A stretch of DNA of 64,000 nt from Sphaerodactylus townsendi (GCF_021028975.2 NC_059434.1:60698001-60762000), one strand, 5' to 3'; shown: positions 36,807-50,912, counted from the first letter of the stretch. Translations and numbers: made by a program. The notes: generated by a model not told the origin, from the sequence alone.

Positions 36807-39800
36807 GGATATGGGCTGGATGTACAATGCTTCACTATAACATGTGAACAGAGCTAAAACCTTGATTCTTTGGAGAATCATGGGATATATATCCAATTTG
36901 TGTAGAATTATCAAACTGGGGTGTTTTTGCTATGACTACTTTCTAATTTCTGCTGGAATACAACAACATTTCATACATAATATATGTAGCACACTTTTCT
37001 GGAAGATTTCTTTTTCTCTATATAGCACACTCATCCAGGTCTTCTGACAGAAGCCATTACTGGATAAATCTATACTTCTGAAAGCAGTAAATGTGATCTT
37101 TTCTTAGGCTCAGCGCAGGTCAAGGAATCTCCAGCAGGTCTTGCAGATTCCTACTTGCAGTGCCACAGTTGTGGTTGAAGCTGTTCTGTGCTAGTGGCAT
37201 TTCCCCTGTACATCGCTGCTGTTGCTTCCACTCTGGAGCTGGTGGAGATAAAGTCTCCATACCTCTTTGTTGCCTGTGCATGCTATGAAAATAGAGCTGT
37301 GGGTTGCATATGTTCTATAGGGCCTTTGTAGTTCTCATGAGAGCACTTGTTCAGCTACCATTTTGTTTTCCCTGGCAGAACATAGGCGAAAATGGTGGTC
37401 TTTAGGCAACAAGAAGGAATCTTTTCAGAGATTGGGAACTGGTATGTGTAGCTTGCTGCACTGTTTTTAAAGAGGGATGCTGGTTAATTCTTTTAAAACT
37501 TTCATGAGTTTGGGGGAGTGAGAAAGACCAGCACTTTTACTCAAAAATAGTATCATAATTACTGGATTTTATTAGAGCAAATACCTGTCCATTCTATAAC
37601 GATGGGAGGACCTACACATGGTTGGATATTATTCTGTTGCAATGGGAGAGAAGGTGGCATGGTATAGCCTGTTTTTGTTGGATCCTGGAATCCAAGCAGG
37701 GTCAGTGTTTGGAAGGGGATTAGTAGATCTTCAGCTCCTCATTTGCTGAAACCAGCTTGAGACCAGAAGTCCAGGTGGAAATGTAAGTTATGCATGCAAG
37801 CTGCTCCTTTTTTTATTCAATGACATGTCACCATATATGTGACATGATGGTGACAGATCAGTGTTTCAGACCATGGATCTGCCGCAGAACTGTGGTGGGT
37901 GCAGGAGGGTCTGGGTTAAAATAACAAACGGCCTTGTGAATGGAACTAGTCAACCTTCCTCTCACTCCACTTGTCCTTCTCTACAACTCTGGAATTGGGG
38001 GCACAACTGCAAGATGATCAGTAGTAAGCAGGGTAGTAGTGATAATTTATCATCTGCACATCCCTTCTGCTCTTTAAACTGGACACTCGCTATGTTATTA
38101 GGATAGATTCAAGTTTCAGCAGATCATTCCACTTTTGCTGTTCTAAGATTCTATAATATAAATGTTTTCTGAGTGTTGAAAACTTCTTTTATCTCTCACA
38201 TATGAGGGGGATGGAGGAAGCTGGATATGTGCCCAGTCCATCTATTGATTTATGGATCTTGAAATATTTTTCAAAGGAGTGTCGTGAATGCACGTAATGT
38301 CTCCGGATGCTGAATTTTGTATTTGCATCTCTGAATAAAAACATACCAAGCTAGAGAGAGCTCCCAATTGGCAGTACATCAGAGGATAGAAGAGAGCATG
38401 ACTTATTCTAGCAGGGGTCTGATATACATTACGTCACAGTAAATTGGCTCCAGAGAGGCCTATTTCAGATGATAAAACAGGGAGAGTTTGATTGGTGTGC
38501 AAAAGCCTCCAAATTTTTGCCCTGACCCTGTCCACTGGGTGAGGAGGAAACCTGTCTCCATAAATGTAGAATACCAAGTTGGTATAACCCCTACAGCTGT
38601 CCTGTTTACTGGAATTTATAAAAAATATTTGTGTGTTTCTATAGTTCTCCCTCTCTAATATTTCAGAATAGGTTAAAGTTTGATTCAAAGCTTTCAGTCA
38701 AACCAAATGTGAACACTTTTATCTTTAATGCTAGGAAGCATTTGGTTTTTTCCTTTAATATTGGCAGGGGAGGGGCCTCGAGATGGTGGCCATGTGTTTT
38801 GCAGCTGGGATCTAGGCTTGTGATTTGGATTCAAGTCTCAAAGGCTTTTTCTCAGGAGCAGAATAAGAAAGTGCAACTTCAGTCATTTCAATTGGCAGGC
38901 AGGATGAGGCTGTTGGGTTAGCCATGAAGAAGAGGATAGTACAGTTGTGAGAGGAGGAGAGTGTAGTTCTCACCACTTGTTCTGGAGGGGGAGCAAGCAA
39001 CCAGGAGCAATGAGCATGACTGGCCAATGAAGGAAGTGAATGATGGCCGACACCTACCACAGTTCTTGGGAGAGAAGTTGCTGCATCTCAAGGCATCTGA
39101 CTGTCTTTCCTCCTTGGGTTACAGATGAGGAAGTGAGGAAGCAGCTACTGCATATGAAGGAGTCAGCAGGTTCTGTCCTTATGCCAATTTGTGTGGAGGA
39201 AACAAACTCCATTTTGCCCAATCACCACGGTGAGTTGGCAGTTGATCCCTAGTTTCCCAAATATAGAAAGTTTAAACTGTGTTCAAAGACGGGATCATCA
39301 GACCATCTATATTCCTGGCCATCCTGGACAAGTCTTTGTTCAGTCTGTGTGCAGTTCTTGTGTCTGCACCATCCAAACTGGGCATAATTGAGGCATGCTA
39401 AGACGTACTGTTTGTGCCTTCATATTTGCTTGGTCAGAATTCAGCAGTATACTGAATAAAATAGGAGTGCTTCTGGAATTTTAAAATTTTATACTTTTAG
39501 TGGGATGCTGGATATCTGTCTGTCTGCATCAACTATCTATCCAATGAGGATCCGTTCTGTTTTATTCTACAGGCCCATATAGTCCAGCATCTAGTTGTCT
39601 ACACAGATTCCTTAAAAGGCTACTTAGAAGTGTGCAGAAACCAAAGCTTCCTTATTTTGTCACCCACTTGAGCAACTGGCATTCATGGATCCAAATCTTT
39701 GGGGTTCCTGGGCTATTCTGATACTTCCACATTCTTTCTGAAATGCTCTACTTTCCACCCCTCCCCCAACCCAAGAATTGGCTCTTCAGGTTAATCTGTG

Positions 39801-39958
39801 CGGTACACCTGGATTACAGCCAGCAGGTGGGCACTAATTGTTATAGCACACTTCATAGCACACTGTGAAAACAAAGGCTAGGCTCTCAGTGTTCCTTGTT
39901 TGCTCAGCTCTGTTTATGAAAAGGGAGGCGATTTTTACTGATGGCCCCCACTGACCCT

Positions 39959-40672
39959 TATGATGTTCCTAGGGGTCCACTGACCCATGAGGACACAGTT
40001 CCAGGGGGCAAGCATAGCAGCAGCAGCAGGAGGGGAAGGCAGAAAGTTCCCATTTTTGCAGTGTGTGCTGCAGGCAAGCAGGAACTAGAGCGGGAGAGGA
40101 CAAGCCAGAGTCAAGGCGCGCAGCTCGTGAAGCATAGTCAAACAGTCCAGAGTCAGGGCAGGCAGCAGGCAAAGACGTGGTCAAGGCAGGCTAAAGTCGA
40201 GGCACAGGCAGGATATCAGGCAAGCTGAGAGCTGGAGGTCAGAGGGAGACCAGCACATGGAGTTTATCAGGAAGTACACTCACTGCACCCAGGCAGAGCC
40301 AAACCCAAGGCAGGGTTTATATAGAAAATGCTGGCTGATGAGGCTGGGATCCTGCAAGAGCTCGATCCTCATATGTAGATGCCTCCATCTTGCAGAGCCT
40401 TCTTGCTGTACCTTGCAGCAATGCGAGCACTTCTCCTTTGTCTCTGCAGCCGCAGCTTCTGCCTCCCTTGAACAGCTGGCTCTTTACTCACCTCTTCTGA
40501 GATTCTTGAAGGCTCTCCCAGTTGCGTGGCATCAGGCTCTTCTTGAGCTTGCAAGGAAGGGCTTGGAACTAACTCTACTGCCTGCATTTCTTCGTGAGGA
40601 GCCAGCTCTGAATGCACAGTGCCTTCAGAGTCTATGTCAGAGTCCTCAGTGCCCAGGAATTGGCTCATGACA
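39959..40672 (-). mobile_element. Probable Gypsy-type solo LTR
   Basis: Starts TGTCATGAGCC on the minus strand, with TATATAAA at ~40323-40316 and a pyrimidine-rich U5-like part. TSD not recovered. Confidence 0.6.
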
Positions 40673-42576
40673 CAGTGCAACTCAGTCCATGTTGTATAGG
40701 AACAAAGCCAAAATTGCACTTGTTTATTTAGAGCATTTTTGTCTTACCCTTTCTGTAAAGAACTCAGGGCAGGTCGCTTGGCTCTGCTCATCTTCACTGT
40801 ATCTTCCCAACAACCCAAGTTTAGTCTGAGAACGAATGGCCCAAGATGACCCACTAAATATCAAGTAAATGAGGATCCTGGCACAATACTCCATCCACTG
40901 TCCCAGTCTTCAAGGATTTCTCCAACACAGGGGTTTTCTGGATATTCATTTTTTGAAACATTCTGAATATCAGAGTTTTTTATTGGAGGGAGGGCGATAA
41001 TGTTCTATTTCTTCTTCTTTCAAAGTCTTTTCAATCTGCCTGTGAAATTAAAATGGAAATGACATGACTCTACAAGTAACACAACTGGAGTCTGGAATCA
41101 TAAGGCACAAAAAGACAGATGCTTTTGCCCTGAAGGGAACTTGGAAAGATTAATGACTGTGTACCTAGTAATACAAAATTAGAATAAAGGTTTTCAACCC
41201 ACTGGGCATGTGTTATAGACACTCCCTCTCCAATCTGCAGAACAAGTCCTTTGCAGTCTTACATAGCTTTCTTGAGACAACATGACCACACAACATGACC
41301 ACAGCTGGGTTTCTCTTCTCTTCTTACGGTTAACCTGCACCCACTCTTTATAAGGAATGTGAGGTCCTTAGTGCTCTCCATCACAGAAATGTTCATTTTT
41401 GTACAAAGTGCAGGAAAAGTTCACTATCAACACCTATCTGAAGACTTTACAGGTGAAGGCACCTGCCCTAAACTGGATGCTCTTCTCCACGTATGAGATA
41501 GTGAATGCTGGCTTCTGAAGAATGATGGCAAATTATTTTGTACTCAGATGACATACTCATCTCTGTGTCTTAGCAAGATAGGGTAGCACGTAGTTTCTGG
41601 CAGTTCCTAGGGCCATCATACACGTTGGGTGTCCTTCATGTTCAGCATACATTCTCTTTGGGTTGGATTCTTGGTTATGCATGTTTCCCCCTTTTCAGAG
41701 CTCACTGCACTCTCTGGTCAGACTCTTACTGCAGTTTCCGAGACTGGTTAAAGAATGACTTTTCAGTGGAAGTGAAAGGAAAGGAAGGGGAATCAACACG
41801 TCTTTTGCTGCTTTGGGGTTTCCTCGCTCCTCCTGGCTCTCCCCGCCCACACAACAGCAGTTCCTCCCAATTGGACAAAATAAGGAAGTTGGGGGCAGGG
41901 AGGCCAAGTGGTGAGTCAGATGGGCTATGGCCACTTTGCAGCGGGAGAATCCCGTTCAAACAAAAAACTGTGGGAAAAACCCACTGTGAAGCACACAACT
42001 ACAATGTAAGCACTGCATTCATAAAAGCCCCTGGAGTACCCTACATCACTTCTGTGTTTTCCTCAGATGAGCCAATCAAAGGCAGCCATCATTCCGTCCA
42101 TCCCAGTGTTTCATCCTTCCACGTTCCTGCCTGGCAGCCCGGCCCTCCCATTCCTGTCCCCTTTCCTCTCCTGCTGTTTGCCAGTTAATGGCCATTTGGC
42201 AAGCCTATCCTGATGAAGGCCCAGATTCCTCAGAAATGGCTCCATAACGGAAAAGACCATTTTTTTGTACTTACCCAGCCTTGTCTTGGAAGACAAGGGA
42301 TGCCATTTGGGACAGTCTCTAGTCTTGCTGTCAGTATCCTAAACTAGTGGAGGTGGTCAGGGGGAAAGTGCTCACTAAATATGCTAGACTCATTCAAATA
42401 TTAGGACTGCGGTGTTATCAGTTCCTAAGTTTTAACTTCATGAGAAGTAAACAACAAACTTTTATGCCTCATCCCCCTTGACACTTGTTACCATGTTAAA
42501 CAGTATGAAGAGGCTACTTACTTCAAAAATACCCATTTGGTGCCTTGTACATACAACTGAACCATATACTACTTAA

Positions 42577-42880
42577 GAAGAGAAGAAAAAGAGTTTGGAT
42601 TTATATCCCCCCTTTTTCTCCTGGAGGAGACTCAAAGGGGCTTACAATCTCCTTGCCCTTCCCCCCTCACAACAAACACCCTGTGAAGTAGGTGGGGCTG
42701 AGAGAGCTCCGAGAAGCTGTGACTAGCCCAAGGTCACCCAGCTGGCATGTGTGGGAGTGTACAGGCTAATCTGAATTCCCCAGATAAGCCTCCACGGCTC
42801 AGGCAGCAGAGCAGAGAATCAAACCCGGTTCCTCCAGATTAGATACACGAGCTCTTAACCTCCTACGCCACTGCTGCTCC
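42577..42880 (-). mobile_element. Full-length young Squam3-like SINE
   Basis: Head GGAGCAGCAGTGGCGTAGGAGGTTAAGAG, CORE, CTT tail, flanking CTTAA repeats. Confidence 0.9.
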
Positions 42881-43087
42881 CTTAATAGGTTAAGGTTTAA
42901 ACAAGCTGACTGTATTTTTATTTTAATCGGTTTAGAGGCTTCTGCTGAGTCAGAGACAATTAGCAAAAGGAGTAGCTTATTTTAATTAAGCTATACCTAT
43001 AACATGCTCATAATGTGAACCATTCAGAAAAGTGCAAAGATTATAACAAGAAACTGTGCAGACTTCTGCCAACTTCAGTTTTATATC

Positions 43088-43390
43088 AGAGGAGGAGGAG
43101 TTTGGATTTATACGCCACCTTTCTCTCCTGTAAGAGGTCTCAAAACATCTTACGCACACTTTCCCCTTCCTCTCCCCACAACAGACACCTTGTGAGGTAG
43201 GTGGGGCTGAGAGAATTCTGAGAGAACTGTGGCTCTCCAGATGTTCATGGACTACAACCTGTGGCTTTCCAGATGCCTGCAACCTGTGGCTCTCCAGATG
43301 TTCATGGACTACAATTCCCATTTGGCCATGCTGGCAGGGGCTGATAGGAATTGTAGTCCATGAACATCTGGAGAGCCACAGGTTGCAGGT
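43088..43390. mobile_element. SINE 3' half joined to a rearranged copy of the palindromic hAT MITE
   Basis: 43088-43226 matches the SINE tail; 43227-43390 repeats CTGTGGCTCTCCAGATG and ends in a hairpin. Confidence 0.75.
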
Positions 43391-45023
43391 ATAACCCTTC
43401 TTACATAGCCACAACTCCCAGATCGCCAGGGATTTCCCAAGCTGCAGTTGACAGCCTAACTCCTTATGCCTATTTTAGCATTTATTTTCTGATTACAGAG
43501 GCTTCCAGGATGGAAATGACACCTTCTGATCCAGCATTAGACAGTGCAGAGGGAAAGGCCCTTGATGAGAGGCACTTTCTATGTATTCCCAACCTCCACT
43601 AACTGCTTCCAGAATTGCTTAAAATTGTACCTCATTCTTTAAAGTTTTAGGCACAAAGTAAATTATCCAGTGCTTCACATAAGGATAAGAGGTTGCCTGT
43701 ATTGTGAAGAACAGGATCCTAGAACATTTCCTGTTCCATATGAATAATGTTGTGTTTGGGGAGGTTTCTTTGCATCGTTGGTATATTGTCTTCCAGAAGT
43801 CTGGTTTGCAGATTGTTTACCTTTTCCTCATCCTAGCCATGGCAGACTGTCTTTTGGCCTGTATAGACTGGCCAGAAGTTAGAGATGAATAATCCCACAT
43901 TTTGGGGCTGGATAATCTTTTGGGCTTTCCATAGTCTATTACATTCAACTGCATAAACTCTTTTTTTATGTTACACTGAGCAGAGTTTTGTTTTGATTGG
44001 AAAAATGCCATTGATTTGAGTCCCTTTCCACACAAGCCAGAGAAAGATGTAACATTATCTTTATACTTCTGGTTTTGAGGAATCCTCTTTCATCTCCCAA
44101 GTGCTAGAATTCTAAGATTTATATGGCTTGGCTAACTGATTCAAGGCCGCTACCAATATTCTTGTCAGTCAAGCTTTGGGGCAGAATTCAAAAGCAAACT
44201 TGTGTCTTAAGGATAGATAGAAAATGTAGAAAACCTAACGTTCAGAACAAAATGGTTAGGCGCCCCCTCAAAAAGATGGAAGAGAAACCTCCAAGCAACA
44301 GAAAACCAGAAAACGATTATAAAATGTGCTTACATACATATAAACTTCAGCTTCTGCTATCTTCGTTTCAAATTATCAGCAATCCCTGGATTTACATTTA
44401 TATTTCCTTACTAAGTCTACACATTCAAATCTATTTGTTCCAAAGTTTCCTGTTCTATCCACATGGCTTGCTCCTTTCCTGGTCATGTTTTTCTTAAGGT
44501 ACCCTTCAGAATAATTCTTTTCATCATAATCATGCAAGGACTTGTCCTATAAATCTTTATCAGTGTGAGACAACAGCTGATATGGCAATTAGGATTTAAA
44601 TAAATAAATGAAAACATGAATAGCTATTATTAAGTTAATGTTATGTTGCAAAGTAAGCGAGGCCTAACACAGTAAAAAATCCTATAGTTGGAAAGTTTTT
44701 TTTAATTAAATCACTTGTGGTTTAGTGGTTTTCCTCTAGCAGGATAAGGCTTTTAAGTGGGATCTAGCAACCTTCCTCAGAAGAGCTAAATATTAGACTG
44801 AGCCAAAAATCACTTTGGAATTATATTTAGCAAAAGGTTGCCGTCCGTGCAGTGCATGAAAGGATAGTGTTTCATCTTCTTCCATTTCCAGCTTTTAATG
44901 GTACATTTGTAAATGGCATTATTTATTTGTATCTGAGCCCCATATTTGTTTTTATTTTCTTCACAGGGATGAAGTGGTTAGATGCATCATTCAGTGCCTC
45001 TTCCATGTATTGATGATGTACAA

Positions 45024-45550
45024 CAGGGGTTCCCACCTTTTTGAACCTATGGGCACCCATGGTAATTTGACATAGGGTAATGGGTAGAACCACAAAATGG
45101 CCACTGTGGGAGCAGAAACACACAGAGAGGAAGCCCAAGTGCAGGGAATAGGTAAAATATTTTTAAAAAAGATCCTGAGAAAGGGCAGTGAGTGAGGGAG
45201 AATAAAACTAATAGTGTTGTGGCAGCATCTGCTAAAACAATGTTATTTAAATGTATACAGCCAATCAGATGTCCGATGCAGAATTAGAAGCTCTGCTGGG
45301 CAGGAGCCCCACCTGGCTAGGCCCACTTTCTAAAAACACTTGGAAAGTGCTGGGAAAGGTATCAGTGAGCACCAGGGGTGGAGCGAGGGGAAACTGCGCT
45401 CTGGGCACACATGCTCCTGTCTGCCCCCACCCTGGAACACCCCCGGAACGCCCCCATCACTCCCCCACAGAGCCGTGCGCCTGGTGCGTTGCCCCACTGC
45501 CCCCTTGGTGCTATGCCACTGGTGGGCACGAGGGTAGGAGGTCTCCCCAG
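45024..45550. mobile_element. hAT-like non-autonomous element
   Basis: Starts CAGGGGTTCCCACCTTTTTGAACC; related copy at ~55665-56020. Confidence 0.6.
45373..45521. mobile_element. Nested hAT-like MITE
   Basis: CAGGGGTGGAGC...GCTATGCCACTG; TSD GTGAGCAC/GTGGGCAC. Confidence 0.85.
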
Positions 45551-46557
45551 CCCACAGTGAGGTAGGGAGGATCATCCAGGTTTAAAATGAGCGTCTAGGC
45601 CTTGATGTCTCCTGCATGATTATGTCACTTCTGAAAGTGACACATGGCTTGCTCCTTTCTGTGACATCATCACATTGACAACTATTGAGAAATATAAACC
45701 TGATCATTGGTGATACGAAACAGGATTTAAACAAACATATTTCTTTTCTCAGATCTTCAAAATAACAGTCCTTCATGAACTTCCTATGATAATTACTAGG
45801 CATTGCTTCAGAGACCCTCTTGCTCTCTTGACCTACCGAGGCAGAACATCTGTGTGGCCTTGTCATGACACATCCAGGGAACAGCTCTTGATGCCTGTCA
45901 CCCACAAAGCAGGTACTGTATCAGTGTTATCATCAGTAATACTGCTTCTGGTCTCTTGTCTCTTATAATTCGGCTTTCCTGGGTTAAGGCTTCAATTGGC
46001 AAGTTTGGGCCAATGTGAATAGGATCCATTGTTTCTGTCTACATGTCTTGAAGAGCTATATTCATAAACCTTCCTCTTTAGTCTAGCTTACTCCCACTCC
46101 AGACAGCTGTGTTTAAATGAGACCTCCATTTGAAGATATGAGAAAATGCCATTTCATCTCAGAGTTGTGGGGCTGGATAGAAGACACAATAGGAGCGGTT
46201 GCCTGACTGACACTTTTGAAAACATCCTAATTTTTAGTGGAGAAATATTTTCAAATATTCCCACTTTACTTTGAGATTGTGAAATGTGAAGCATAAAACA
46301 AACACAAAACTTTCAATTCTTGCTCTTTGATTTGTAAAACACACACACCAAAAATCACATGAAAAGTAAATGCTGAAAACTACCTGTGACTTCTTAAAAA
46401 TATCCCTTGGTAAAACTCAGGCATTCCAAGTGTCATCCACAAAGGGACAACTTCAACCTCATTTTTTATCACCTAGCAGTTAATGTCAACACCTATGGAG
46501 TATATAACGCCATAACATAGAAGTATTTATTGTTATAAATTCAGTTAGATTGGAAAC

Positions 46558-46800
46558 AGAGCCAGCATGGCATAGTGGGTAAGAGTGGCAGACTCTAATT
46601 TGGAAAATCAGGTTTGATTCTCCACTCTTCCATGTGAAGCCTGCTGGGTGACCTTGAGCCAGTCACAGTTTTTTTCAGAATTTTTTCAGCAGAGTCAGGC
46701 AATGACAAACCCCCTCTGAATGTCTCTTGCTTTGAAACTTGTGGCCAACCTACAGGATTGTCATAAGTCACCTGTGGCTCGACAGCACTCACAAACACAA
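46558..46800 (+). mobile_element. tRNA/CORE SINE with a Sauria/Bov-B-like 3' end
   Basis: A and B boxes, CORE, then GGCAATGACAAACCCCCTCTG...CATAAGTC. Confidence 0.65.
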
Positions 46801-47099
46801 ACTGGAAACATCAAGTATCTCTGCTCTTCATCCATTCATTCTAGTCTCTTTATTCAAAATATTACATATCTATAGATCAGAGTTAAGCTATTAACCTGAA
46901 TGATCTGGGTTGTTAGTGTTGATCATAAATTATTATGTATGGGGAGGCTCTGTGAAGCTGGTGCCTCCAAAATGTGAATAAGTCATATTCACCTACCACC
47001 CCTGTTGCTCTGCTTCATCCAGTTCTGTCCATTAACAGCCCACAAGCCTTCAACGTGATGGGCAATAAATTGAGCGTGCATAAAAAGTAGTCCTTCTTT

Positions 47100-47420
47100 A
47101 CTCAATAAAAAGTAGTTTTCCAAATTGTGCAATTCAGTGCCAGTGAACGTAGTGTTCACTACTACCATGGGCTTTAAAAGGGATTTTGACAGATTCATGG
47201 ATGATAGCTCCATCAGTGGCTACCAGCCATAGTGCCTAAAGGGAACCTCCACATTCAGAGGCAATAAACCTCTGAATACCAGTGCTAGGAGTCACCATCA
47301 GAACAAGGCCTTGCCCTCTATGCCGTTTGTTGGCCCTCCAGGGCATCTGACCATTGTGCGTAACAGGATGCTGGACTAGATGGACTACTAGTCTGATCTG
47401 ATAAGGATTTCTTATGTTTT
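47100..47420 (+). mobile_element. CR1 LINE 3' end
   Basis: GACAGATTCATGGA...GCTGGACTAGATGG...TTCTTATGTT. Confidence 0.85.
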
Positions 47421-47879
47421 TTTATCAGCCTTGATTCCTAAATGGAATTCCGTGTTTTGATGGGGTATAACTTTGATGCCGTGGAGAAAGAACAGGAAAA
47501 TGCCCCCTCTTTAGGGAAAACCTTCCATAGGCACTTGAAATTTAAAAATGGTGGAGTAGGAATTCAAACTCAAATCTCCTTGTTCCAGCATTACAGTCTT
47601 TGCAGTACACTGTATATAGATTGGTTTCCCCATTCAATAATCTTCCCCATTCAATTTCTCACATGGATTTCCCCATATTAATCTATCTCCCATGTCCCAT
47701 TCCAATGTTTTTCTCTCCAAAGTCATTCCATTTACCTTCCTATTTTCAAGATGTGTGATTGAGCTCTCATGGGGAGGCAAAAGGGAGACTCATCCCCACA
47801 GCTCATGTAGACATTGCCCAAGATGCTAAGTAAGATACTAATGCAGTCTACTTTAGGACTAAGCCAAGGTAAGATGTGC

Positions 47880-48690
47880 AATGTAAATATATATTAATGG
47901 GTACCAGCTGTCAAAGCAATGAGCCAGCCTGTCTCCATCCTTAAATGTTTTCTGAGATGTACCTGGGCTCTGGCATCATCGGTTGGGAAAATCAGGGATT
48001 AAACAATCTTCATTTGTATAAGTACAGTGGAGTAGTTTCTCTTGCAAGGAAAGAAGTTTGGCATAAAATATTCCATGATCCATCTTTTTTCATAATGTTA
48101 TGCAATATCCCAGCTATTGACGAGGGCATGTTTCCCATCAGCATGAGGCCTTCACTACCCTGTTTCCCCTAATATAAGACATCCCCGAAAAATAAGACAT
48201 AGTAGAGGTTTTGCTGAAGTGCGAAATATAAGGCATCCCCCGAAAGTAAGACATAGCAAAGTTTTTGTTTGGAAGCATGCCCGACGAACAGAACACAGAA
48301 AAATAAGACATCCCCTGAAAATAAGACATAGTGCATCTTTGGGAGCAAAAATTAATATAAGACACTGTCTTATATTTGGGGAAACACGGTACTACCAAAA
48401 ATAATGTTGACATTTTCTACACAGGTTATTTGCTCTGGGTTCAGTGCTGTTCGGAAGTGGATTGTTTCCCCATGTCCTTATAGCATTATTGTGTATTCAT
48501 GCATCTCCAGGATTTCCCCCAGCTTTTCTCCTATTTTCCCCAAATTTGCTTTACTTTGCAAAGTTTGGATGGCTGCCATGTGGGCAGATAAGTTTGTATT
48601 TTCCCAGTTTGAATCACGCACATCCATTTCCCCTGCCTCTGATTCCATGATGGCAATTGCCCTCCTTTGCACTACAGGAGAGACTTTCTT
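47880..48690 (-). pseudogene. Unidentified decayed coding sequence interrupted by a MITE
   Basis: After removing 48158-48391, one minus-strand frame continues for ~190 codons without frameshift and with only a few stops. Confidence 0.4.
48158..48389. mobile_element. Tc1/mariner Tc2-type MITE
   Basis: TIR CCCTGTTTCCCC...GGGGAAACACGG, TA TSD on both sides, internal AATAAGACA repeats. Confidence 0.9.
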
Positions 48691-50912
48691 TTAAAGTAAT
48701 AATTGTCATATTGACATACTGATATATCAGTATTTTGCAATATGATTGACCAGTAAACAAAAGCCTCAAAATACTCTGGGACTATAAGGGATGATCACCA
48801 TAGGATACCGAGAAGAAATATAGAGATAACCACCATCTGGAAGCAGATGCAAATCTTGGGGAAGTGGGAGGGGGCTCTCTCCCCAGGCACCACTTGCTTG
48901 GGTTGTGTGGAGGGTGCACTTGGCCACCCCCTCCCTTTCCCCTGCTCCCAGCGAGGAAGGCAGCCAGAGATTCCCCGGAGGAGAGTTTGTGAACCTAACA
49001 TGGTCAGTCCACCCAGTGAACTGGCTACAGCACTGTATTACCTGCAGCCCCATTCAGAGAACTTCATCATGCTTCTACATGCTCTCGCCTCACCCGCCTG
49101 CTGGCAGTTCACAAAAATTGAACTGCCTGGACCTTGTGGCTGGCTCAGTAAAAATCAGCCCCGTCACAGCTGCTACTTCTGAACTGCAGCTGAAACAGCA
49201 AGGAGGGATAAAAAGGTGGATGGAAAACTTTAAAAGGTTTAGTTTAGGTAGGAGACAAGAAGTAAGCCTCAGAAATTGGTAAAGGATGGCTTCCACTCAC
49301 CTGCTTCTTCCACACACCTGCTGACCCACCTCTTCCCTAACCCTAACCTAGCCCTTACCGCCATCCAGCTGCTAAATTTTTTGACAAGGCAGCAGCCCCA
49401 CTCACAGCTGAGCTTTGCTTTCCCTCTGCACCTCCCTGGCGGGGGAGGGGGGATGTAATTTCAGTATTTGGGGGGGATGTAATTTCAGTATTTGCCCCAG
49501 GTGCCATTTTCTGTAGGTGCACTCCTCTCTGAAAGCTCTGTTGCCACTGCACTGAATGGGCAGTTGCATCAACAATGGGCTTCTACAGGAAAGTGAAGAC
49601 TTGTTGTGATGGAATGTGCTGTCAAGTCATTGTTGACTTATGGCAACCTCCTAGGGTTTTGAGACAAGAGACATTCAGAGGTGATTTGCCATTGCCTGGG
49701 TCCCCATGGGCCACGAAAGTTCTGAGAGAAATGTGATGGGCCCAAGATCACTAAGCAGGCTTCATGTGGATAAGTGGAGGTTCATGTAGAAGGCTTCTTT
49801 TTCCTTCAAGTTCAACCATCTAAAGAACAAAGTAATTACAGGAAGTATAGAAGCTAGTCATCTCTGAGACACAAGATGTGAGCCTGCAATAATGCACAAG
49901 AAAGAGGAACAATGTGCAAATTCTTCAGCATCCAAATTCCCACCATCAAGATTCTTTCCCAAATTTCAGAGACTTGAGCAGTCCTATTTCCCACCTGCCC
50001 TAAACTGATTCTCAACATTCCCTGCATCCTGCAGCATGTTCAGTGTTCAATCCTTTGGGTTTTGTACCCTCCTTTTGGTTAATTTACAAAGTCTGTTTTT
50101 TTCTACACCTAAGTATGCAGCAACACCTGTTTTTATCAGTATTTTACTGCTTAGGCCACCAAGCCACCTGATTTACAATTAAAAACAATTGATAGATGGA
50201 TCTTAGTTTACGTGCTGTTCTCCACTTTATATTCTGCATGTTTACATAGAAGTAACATACACAAATGGAGCTGCTCCTAATAAACTTTCCATACAATTAA
50301 TATGAAACAGAAATTAATATATTGTAGTTTATTGAATTTTACATTTGAATATACAAAGCAAGCCCATAAAAACAAGGCAAATCTCCAGATATTTCCTAAC
50401 ACAGAGCTGGCAACCCTATCCTCTACAGGAACCGCTTCCCAAAGCCTTGGGTATTTTCTAACATGGAGTTGACAACCCTAATAAATGTAGTGCATCAAAA
50501 CGACCCTCCCCAATCCCAGACTTCAAATTACATTTTGAAAAGCCTTGCTCTTCTTTTAACGCTGTTATAAAAACAGCCAGAGATGGAGAAGTATGTAATT
50601 AAAAAACTGTGAACCCTGTCAGGAATTGTATAACAAGAGCCAAGTATTTATGTTTAATACCTGATGTTATCTCACAAAAGAACAGCCCAGGAGCTTGAAT
50701 GCATTTCATGCTCATTTGGTTTCATCCCATACAGAAATGATATTGATGGGCTGGAGATAAAGTGTGACTGTTGCTGACTCCGTGTGTATGTTTTAATGGC
50801 GCTACAAACTAACATCTGAGGAAATTATTCTGTATTCCACAAGAGAGATGAGAATGGATTGTGATCACAAGAGAACGAATGATACCAGAGTTTGCAGTTG
50901 ACTAATATTACA

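Noticed and set aside
40369-40719. 116-aa ORF with RRSARIAAR
   Set aside because: Lies within a probable solo LTR; not treated as a host gene.
41625-42188. 187-aa ORF
   Set aside because: Non-ATG start, no domain, no splice support.
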